This document shows, one piece after another, positions 56,412 through 61,940 of a stretch of 61,940 nt of DNA. Source of the stretch: Elusimicrobiota bacterium (GTDB taxonomy: Bacteria > Elusimicrobiota > Elusimicrobia > UBA1565 > UBA9628); the NCBI GenBank assembly GCA_027327915.1, contig DAHVWT010000001.1, positions 1 through 61,940 on the forward strand, given 5' to 3'. Each line of letters starts with the position of its first letter. Position 1 is the stretch's first letter. The translations under genes and the position numbers were made by a program. A model generated the notes under the pieces. It had not been told where the DNA came from, searched no databases, and worked only from the letters and a program-made list of their open reading frames with translations.

Positions 56412-57245
56412 TTATTCCTCGTTTTTGAACGCGACCTTCTCGAGCCTTTGCATCATGTCGTCACGAGCCTTTTCGAACGTCAACAGGAGCCGGACCTGCT
56501 TTTTCTTTTGATCGGCCTTGGGAAGCTTCTTGACCGCCTCCTTGTTATCCGTGTCGATGAACCACCACCCCCAGATATTCTTGCCGGTCTTGCCGCTATA
56601 GAGATCGCCCTCCAAGACCACGGGGGCGTAGAAGCGGTCGAACAAGTATCCTCCTCCAAACCATTCAAGCCCTTCCTGCAGCACCTCCTCCGCCGCGACG
56701 GCGGCGCCCGCCCAGGCATTCGCCGCGGCTGCGGCGATGACCACGCCCTGGGCGGCCCCTTCCCCGAAGCTGCCGGCCCATAAAAGCATCAGCCAGGAGG
56801 TCTTGATCTTCCCATAGCCGTGGACCCGGACCCTCAACAGAGCATCGGCCTTGAGGCGTCGGGCGAGTTCTCGATACTGCCGGGGAGAAGGATCGGCGGC
56901 CGTGCTGAGGCTCAGAGAGGCCATGGCCTTGTCGATGTCGGAGGATGGGATGGGGCTGAAGACATAGCTCGACGACACCCGCAGCTCGAAATCCTTGTCG
57001 AGCGCCTCGTTGAGGGGGGCCTTCAAGGCCTGGGCCAGTTTCTTGCGTTCGGCCGCGGTCGCGGTGGACTTGGCGACCGTCGCGATGTCGGCCGGGTTGC
57101 TGATGCTGAAATCCAACTCCAACGGCAAAACCGCGAGCCGGATCTTCTCCGGAGGGGTGACGGAGACGCCTTGCTTTTTCCAGGAGGCGCAGCCCGAGAG
57201 CAGGAGGAGCAGGGCGACGGGAAGACGGCGGAGCGGCGGGCTCAC
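56412..57245 (-). CDS. Lipoprotein of unknown function, paralogue A (glycine-zipper segment)
   Basis: GTG 57245 overlaps the acyltransferase stop (GTGA). Signal and lipobox VSPPLRRLPVALLLLLSGC. Paralogous to 52832..53716. Confidence 0.7.
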   Translation of the reverse strand: MSPPLRRLPVALLLLLSGCASWKKQGVSVTPPEKIRLAVLPLELDFSISNPADIATVAKSTATAAERKKLAQALKAPLNEALDKDFELRVSSSYVFSPIPSSDIDKAMASLSLSTAADPSPRQYRELARRLKADALLRVRVHGYGKIKTSWLMLLWAGSFGEGAAQGVVIAAAAANAWAGAAVAAEEVLQEGLEWFGGGYLFDRFYAPVVLEGDLYSGKTGKNIWGWWFIDTDNKEAVKKLPKADQKKKQVRLLLTFEKARDDMMQRLEKVAFKNEE

Positions 57246-58153
57246 GGGGATTTCCTCTCGGAGGGCCATTCGGCGTGCTTGAATCGGCGGTGGACCCAGA
57301 GCCACTGCTCGGGCCGCTCGCGGACGCTCTTCTCGACCACGGCCGCCAGGGCCTGGGTGGCCTTGAGCGGGTCGTCAAGGTCCGCGCCGAGATCGAGCTC
57401 CGCCCCGAGGAAGACCCGGGTGACGCCGTCCTCGTCGCGGTACGAGGTGGCCGGGATGATGGGGGCCCCGGTGCGCCGGGCCAAGAGCCCCACGGCGGAG
57501 AGCGTGTCCACGGCGGCGCCCAAGAAGCGCACCCGCAGACCCATCGGAGCGGGCGCGTACTGGTCGTTCATGAAGGCCACGGCCTCGCCCCGGCGCAGGG
57601 CCTTGAGCACGGTCGGGACCGAGCCCGGATGGAAGGCCGCGCGCACGCCGGTCTCGAGGCGCCGGGCCGTGAAGAGCTCGTGGAGCCAGGCGGGCTTGAG
57701 CACCGTCGTGACGACGGTGAGCGGCATGCCGGCCAGCCCGCCCGAGGCGGCTTGCATCTCCCACCAGCCGAGATGCAGGGAGACGATGAGAACGCCGCGG
57801 CCCTTGGCGCGGGCCTTCTCCCAGTTCTCGATTCCGTACAAGCGCGAGTTGGACGCCGCGTAGCGCCGGTAGTGGCCGGGTACGGGCGAAAAGAAATGCG
57901 CGTACTCGAAAAAAAGCCGGCCCATGTGCTCGAAGTTGCGCGCCAGGATCCTCTCTTGATCGGCGGCGGAGAGCTCGGGAAGGGCGCGGCGGATATTATC
58001 CGCGGCGATTTCGCGCTTGAAGAGGCCCAGGGCCAGCGCGGCGCTCCCGAGAAGGCCCCCCAGCGCCAACTCCATGCGTCGGGGCAAGACGGTGACGGCG
58101 AGGCCCAGCCCCCGGAGAAGCAGGCGCAGCGGAGCGGACTGCCAGAGAGGCAT
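57242..58153 (-). CDS. LpxL/HtrB-family lysophospholipid / lipid A late acyltransferase
   Basis: N-terminal TM segment, HLGWWE (HX4D/E-type motif), and the layout of the lauroyl/myristoyl acyltransferase family. C-terminal WLWVHRRFK. Confidence 0.8.
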   Translation of the reverse strand: MPLWQSAPLRLLLRGLGLAVTVLPRRMELALGGLLGSAALALGLFKREIAADNIRRALPELSAADQERILARNFEHMGRLFFEYAHFFSPVPGHYRRYAASNSRLYGIENWEKARAKGRGVLIVSLHLGWWEMQAASGGLAGMPLTVVTTVLKPAWLHELFTARRLETGVRAAFHPGSVPTVLKALRRGEAVAFMNDQYAPAPMGLRVRFLGAAVDTLSAVGLLARRTGAPIIPATSYRDEDGVTRVFLGAELDLGADLDDPLKATQALAAVVEKSVRERPEQWLWVHRRFKHAEWPSERKSP

Positions 58154-59028
58154 TAGGCGCCCCCGCCGGCCGCTGGGCGCATGATCCGCAGGTCCAGCGT
58201 CTCGATAAGATCGGCCAAGGACCGCGAGCGCGACTTCGTGCGCGCGTCGGCGAAGCCGCCGAGAGCCTGTCGGATGAGGACGAAGGCGCCGCGGTAGTCG
58301 TAGCCCGGAGCGGATCGCATCATGGTGATGGATCGGCGCTTGTAGTCTTCGAGGATGTCGTAGAGCGGCATCTTGAAGGCCGCGACCGCCTCCTTGACCC
58401 TTGTGAAGTCCGCCGTTGAGGGTTCGGCCATGTAGGCGCGCAGGAGGTCCGCGAAGAAGCCGCAGTGATGCGCCTCGTCGCGGCTCAAGGCCCGCATGAT
58501 TCGCTTGAGAACGGGTTCCTCGCAGGCGGCGCCCAGGCAGGAGTAGAAGACTTGAGTGGCCTTCTCCTGGATGACGGTGTAGACCGCCATCTGCATGGGG
58601 TTTTCATGGGGGACCCGATAGGGCTTGACCGCCGCGCGGCGCATTTCGGCCGACAGCGACGCCTCGTCCACGCGCCCGCAGGCGCGCAGGTAGTTCTCCA
58701 GCGTGTGGGCGTGGCGATCCTCGTCCGCGGTCCACTTGAAGACGAAGTGGAGCATCTGGCGCCGCAGGTCAAGTTCGGCGTCGGGACGCCCCGGATCAAG
58801 CGCGAAGAGGCCGTGGTAGGCTTTCGCGTAATCGGGGATGTGGTCCTCGACGAGCATCGCGGTGCGCAGTGAATCGATCTGGCCTTCGGTCAGGGCTTCG
58901 GCCCGGATTTCGCCATAGGGGAAATCCAAGAAACGGTTCCAGCCCGAGGTCTCGAATCGCGTCAGGTACCGTTCGACGCAGGCATGGACGCCCTTTATCG
59001 GTTTCACGGGCGTTTTTTCATCGTCCAA
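58153..59028 (-). CDS. Soluble di-iron acyl-ACP desaturase family protein
   Basis: WTADEDRHAHTLENYL and LSRDEAHHCGFF are two E-x-x-H di-iron motifs in a ferritin-like helical protein. TTG start. The stop shares 1 nt with the acyltransferase start. Confidence 0.8.
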   Translation of the reverse strand: MDDEKTPVKPIKGVHACVERYLTRFETSGWNRFLDFPYGEIRAEALTEGQIDSLRTAMLVEDHIPDYAKAYHGLFALDPGRPDAELDLRRQMLHFVFKWTADEDRHAHTLENYLRACGRVDEASLSAEMRRAAVKPYRVPHENPMQMAVYTVIQEKATQVFYSCLGAACEEPVLKRIMRALSRDEAHHCGFFADLLRAYMAEPSTADFTRVKEAVAAFKMPLYDILEDYKRRSITMMRSAPGYDYRGAFVLIRQALGGFADARTKSRSRSLADLIETLDLRIMRPAAGGGA

Positions 59029-59161
59029 CCGGCGAATCCGAAACAGATCGCGGCGGCGATCACGGCCAGCAAGGCCAACTCGTGTTTAGACGGTCGCATC
59101 AATGTATTCTCCCCTGAAATAGCCCTAAAAATGGCACGGCTGCGGCTTTGGGCGCGGCGGG

Positions 59162-59578
59162 TTAGGCGGCGGGAGGGGCGAGGCTGAAGACGGCTGACGC
59201 CGCGAGGATGGAGACGAGGTGGGACTTTTCGATAAGAAGCGGAGGGCCGCTCCCTGGCGGGGAACGGCTCGCTTGCGCGACAACGATATCCCGCGAAGGC
59301 CCGGCGGTCGATAGGGAAGGCGCTAGGCTTGTTTGGAAATCGGTTTTTTCAACGCCCACCGGGGCGGGCAACAGCGTTTGGCCCAGCGTCAACGGAACCC
59401 AGTCATCGTCATCTTTGTCGCCGGGATGGGAGAAGGCGAGCGGAGATGTCTGCTCGGAATACGAGACGCCCAACGCGAGCGCCCGGGAAGTGTCGCCGTA
59501 GAGATCGCCGATCTGATAGAACGTCTGCCACGAGCACAGAAGCGCCAAGAGGAGGGCCGCCAGTCTGGCGATTCGCAT
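59162..59578 (-). CDS. Hypothetical secreted protein
   Basis: 138-aa ORF with signal peptide MRIARLAALLLALLCSW. No recognisable domain. Confidence 0.45.
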   Translation of the reverse strand: MRIARLAALLLALLCSWQTFYQIGDLYGDTSRALALGVSYSEQTSPLAFSHPGDKDDDDWVPLTLGQTLLPAPVGVEKTDFQTSLAPSLSTAGPSRDIVVAQASRSPPGSGPPLLIEKSHLVSILAASAVFSLAPPAA

Positions 59579-59713
59579 TGATTCAAGTATGCCCCTAGTG
59601 CTCGGGCATTGTCAATAGCGCCGAGCGCCGAGCGCAGCTGAGCGCAGCGCTGAGGCGCTCCCTTCACGCCAGACGTTCAAAAGAAGTAATATTCGTCGAC
59701 GGAACGGCTTCCC

Positions 59714-59797
59714 GGTTGGGTGGCTGAGCGGTCAAAAGCAACGGTCTGTAAAACCGTCGGGCTTTGCCCTACGCAGGTTCGAATCCTGCCCCAACCA
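59714..59797 (+). tRNA. tRNA-Tyr (anticodon GUA)
   Basis: Acceptor GGTTGGG/CCCAACC, anticodon arm ACGGT-CTGTAAA-ACCGT, long variable arm, T arm GCAGG-TTCGAAT-CCTGC, discriminator A. Confidence 0.9.
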
Positions 59798-59840
59798 CCG
59801 GCCGGCGGGCCGCGCCGTCGCCAAAGAGGACAATAGCGCC

Positions 59841-60641
59841 ATGGCTCTCAACATCGTCGTCTGCGTCAAGAACACTCCCGCCACGACCGCGCTCGCGGTC
59901 GATCCCTCGACCGGAAAGGCGAAATTGGACGGCATTCAATTCGCCCTCAATCCCTTCGATGAATATGCCGTCGAGGAAGCCGTCCGGATCAAGGAACGAT
60001 TCCCCGGCGCCAAGACGACGGCCCTCGCGCTGGGCCCCGAAAGGGCCGAGGGGGCGGTTCGCGAGGCGATCGCCCGAGGCGTGGACGCCGGCGCCGTGGC
60101 GGTCCTTCCCGGCTGGGAAGAGAGCCCCTACGCGGCGGCGATCGGGCTCGCGAAAGCGATCCTCAAGCTGCACGCCGAGTCCCCCGTCCATCTCGTTTTG
60201 TTCGGCAAAAGCACCAACGACGTCGCCTCGGGGCTCGTGGGGGCCCTCGTCGCGGCCCGGCTCGACTGGCCGGCCGTCATCTCCGTCAAGAAAATCGACG
60301 CCGTGGATGAGAAGGAGGCGACGGTTCACCGCATGATGGAGGACGGCGTCGACCTCGTCAAGACCCCGCTCCCGGCGGTGATCGGTACGGTCAAGGAGAT
60401 CAACGACCCGAGGCTCCCCTCTCTTAAAGGAAAGATGGCGGCCAAGAAGGCGGAACTCAAGATTTATAGGGATGCGGATTTGGGTGTCGGCGCCGAGGCC
60501 GACGCGGCCTTGAAGGCCGTGAGCCTCGCGAAGCTATCGCCCTTTCCCCCGCGTCCCGCGGGGGTGCGCGTGGACGGCGTCTCGCCGCAAGACAAGGCCC
60601 AGAAGCTCGTCGCGATTCTCGCCGAAAGGAGAGTCATCTGA
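59841..60641 (+). CDS. etfB: Electron transfer flavoprotein subunit beta
   Basis: MALNIVVCVKNTP...NPFDEYAVEEAVR is a typical EtfB N-terminus. The stop overlaps the etfA ATG. Confidence 0.93.
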   Translation: MALNIVVCVKNTPATTALAVDPSTGKAKLDGIQFALNPFDEYAVEEAVRIKERFPGAKTTALALGPERAEGAVREAIARGVDAGAVAVLPGWEESPYAAAIGLAKAILKLHAESPVHLVLFGKSTNDVASGLVGALVAARLDWPAVISVKKIDAVDEKEATVHRMMEDGVDLVKTPLPAVIGTVKEINDPRLPSLKGKMAAKKAELKIYRDADLGVGAEADAALKAVSLAKLSPFPPRPAGVRVDGVSPQDKAQKLVAILAERRVI

Positions 60642-61621
60642 TGGCGAAGGGAACGCTCGCCGTCGTCCTCCCGATCCGGGGATCTCTGCAGCCGTCCGCT
60701 TACGAGGCGCTCACGGCGGGCAAGGCTTTGGCGGGTTTCCTGGGCGAATCTTTCGATGCCGTGGTCGTCTCGGGATCGAGGGGCGCCGAGTTCGCCAAGG
60801 ACTTGGCCGCGCGCGGGCCGGGCCGGGTCCATCTGATTGAAAATCCCGCTTTCGAGAATTTCTCCGACGAGGCTTGCGCGGCGCCTCTGAAGCGCCTCAT
60901 CGAGAAGGAAGGCTATGCCCGCGTTGTCGTCGTTTCCACGATCAACGGCCGCCTGCTCGCGGCGAGGCTGTCCGCAGCCTTGAACGCCGGGATCGCCGCC
61001 GACGTCTGGGGGCTCTCGGCCGAGGGCGGGCGCGTCACGGCGAAGCGCAGCCTCTACGGCGGCAACCTCATCGGCGACTTCGCGTTCGCAAGCGAGCGCC
61101 AGGTGATTCTCATCCAGCCTCTTTCCTTCGAGAGAGCCCAGCCTCAGGCAAGTCCGGGTCAGGTCGTCCCCGCGGACTCGGCTCCCGGGTCCGCTCGCGC
61201 CCAATTCGTCTCCTTCGAGCCCCAGCCGGCCGGGGAGATCGACCTGGGAAGCGCCGAGCGCGTGGTGTCCGGCGGACGCGGGCTCGGGAACGCCGACGGC
61301 TTCAAGATGATCCGGGAGCTGGCGCGGGTCCTTGGAGCGGCCGTGGGCGCCTCCAGGGCGGTCGTCGATTCCGGATGGATTCCCTACCGGCACCAAGTCG
61401 GGTTGACGGGGAGGACGGTGCGGCCCAAGCTCTACGTCGCCTGCGGCATTTCAGGGCAGATCCAGCACTTGGCCGGGATGTCCTCCGCGGCCAACATCGT
61501 CGCGATCAACACGGACCCGGACTGCCCCATGATGAAGCTGGCCTCGATCGCGGTTCCGGGCGACGTCAACGAGATCGTCCCCCAGCTCATCGCCGAGCTC
61601 AAGAAGAGAAAAGGCGCTTAG
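60641..61621 (+). CDS. etfA: Electron transfer flavoprotein subunit alpha
   Basis: C-terminal FAD-binding motifs: VVSGGRG, GASRA.VD.GW, Q.GLTG..V.P.LY.A.GISG.IQH..GM. Confidence 0.93.
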   Translation: MAKGTLAVVLPIRGSLQPSAYEALTAGKALAGFLGESFDAVVVSGSRGAEFAKDLAARGPGRVHLIENPAFENFSDEACAAPLKRLIEKEGYARVVVVSTINGRLLAARLSAALNAGIAADVWGLSAEGGRVTAKRSLYGGNLIGDFAFASERQVILIQPLSFERAQPQASPGQVVPADSAPGSARAQFVSFEPQPAGEIDLGSAERVVSGGRGLGNADGFKMIRELARVLGAAVGASRAVVDSGWIPYRHQVGLTGRTVRPKLYVACGISGQIQHLAGMSSAANIVAINTDPDCPMMKLASIAVPGDVNEIVPQLIAELKKRKGA

Positions 61622-61679
61622 CGCCTCAAAACCTCCGCTTGACAGGGTCTGCGGCGCGGCATTTTTGCTATAAAATTTT

Positions 61680-61940
61680 ATGGCGATAAAAAAATTAGTC
61701 TTGGGACCGATGATGGCGGCGATCCTCGCAAGTCTGCCAGGCGCGGCATTCGCCTCCTCCTCCCTCGATAAACTGAAAGCCGCCCTCCATAAGTGTCAGG
61801 AGGCGGAGAAGCTTCTCCAGCAGATTCCGCCGCGCTTTCAGTCCAAGATCAAGGCCCAGATGTTTCTTCACCAAGCCATCGAGCAGCTTCGCCTGTCCGT
61901 TGAAGCCGCTGATCATTGGCACAACCCGATCCATTTCATT
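61680..61940 (+). CDS. Hypothetical secreted protein, N-terminal part (runs off the right edge)
   Basis: The ATG at 61680 opens an uninterrupted 87-codon frame to the window end. Signal peptide MAIKKLVLGPMMAAILASLPGAAFA. TATAAA (61669..61674) lies 5 nt upstream, suggesting a leaderless or very short leader. Preferred over the antisense track ORF 61695..61934. Confidence 0.5.
   Translation, partial: MAIKKLVLGPMMAAILASLPGAAFASSSLDKLKAALHKCQEAEKLLQQIPPRFQSKIKAQMFLHQAIEQLRLSVEAADHWHNPIHFI

Noticed and set aside
59004-59099. 31-codon minus-strand mini-ORF (MRPSKHELALLAVIAAAICFGFAGWTMKKRP) overlapping the desaturase start
   Set aside because: It has a hydrophobic TM-like core and a tempting position. 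But it is too short to support from sequence alone, no ribosome-binding site is evident, and conservation cannot be tested here.
61695-61934. 79-aa minus-strand ORF at the right edge
   Set aside because: The opposite strand carries an open frame from ATG 61680 with a clean signal peptide and a -10 box just upstream. The minus-strand ORF has neither feature.

Overview
GC-rich bacterial chromosomal window, almost entirely coding, dominated by a ~37 kb run of tightly packed minus-strand genes (8190..45520), many with 1-, 4- or 8-nt start/stop overlaps. Main contents: (1) The replication-initiation neighbourhood dnaA-dnaN-DUF721(dciA-like)-gyrB-gyrA, with DnaA-box clusters on both sides of dnaA, followed by the conserved dprA-topA-xerC block. 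(2) Housekeeping genes: metG, holB, tmk, serS, rplM-rpsI, typA, glpK, psd-pssA, etfBA, tRNA-Leu(UAA) and tRNA-Tyr(GUA). (3) A complete bacterial microcompartment (BMC) operon with 2 BMC-H, 1 BMC-T and 3 BMC-P shell genes, plus deoxyribose-phosphate aldolase, RpiB, TpiA, acylating aldehyde dehydrogenase and PduL. This matches the bioinformatically defined, experimentally uncharacterised sugar-phosphate-utilisation (SPU) type. It carries extra unknown genes: a zinc-ribbon protein, a small protein with an encapsulation-peptide-like tag, and a DnaA/Hda-like AAA+ protein sharing a domain with its neighbour. (4) A decaying mobile/defence islet at the left end: a HEPN fragment, AbiEi with an internally deleted AbiEii, an isochorismatase pseudogene cut by a solo IS end, a DUF4143 ATPase and an intact IS just upstream of tRNA-Leu. 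A 44-bp direct repeat brackets most of it. (5) An envelope gene cluster with two paralogous lipoproteins, an ankyrin-FGE fusion lipoprotein, a helical-repeat protein and a beta-propeller lipoprotein, downstream of a translationally coupled acyl-ACP desaturase / LpxL-type acyltransferase pair. No rRNA genes and no CRISPR arrays were seen. All functional calls come from reading motifs in the translated ORFs by eye; no database search was run.
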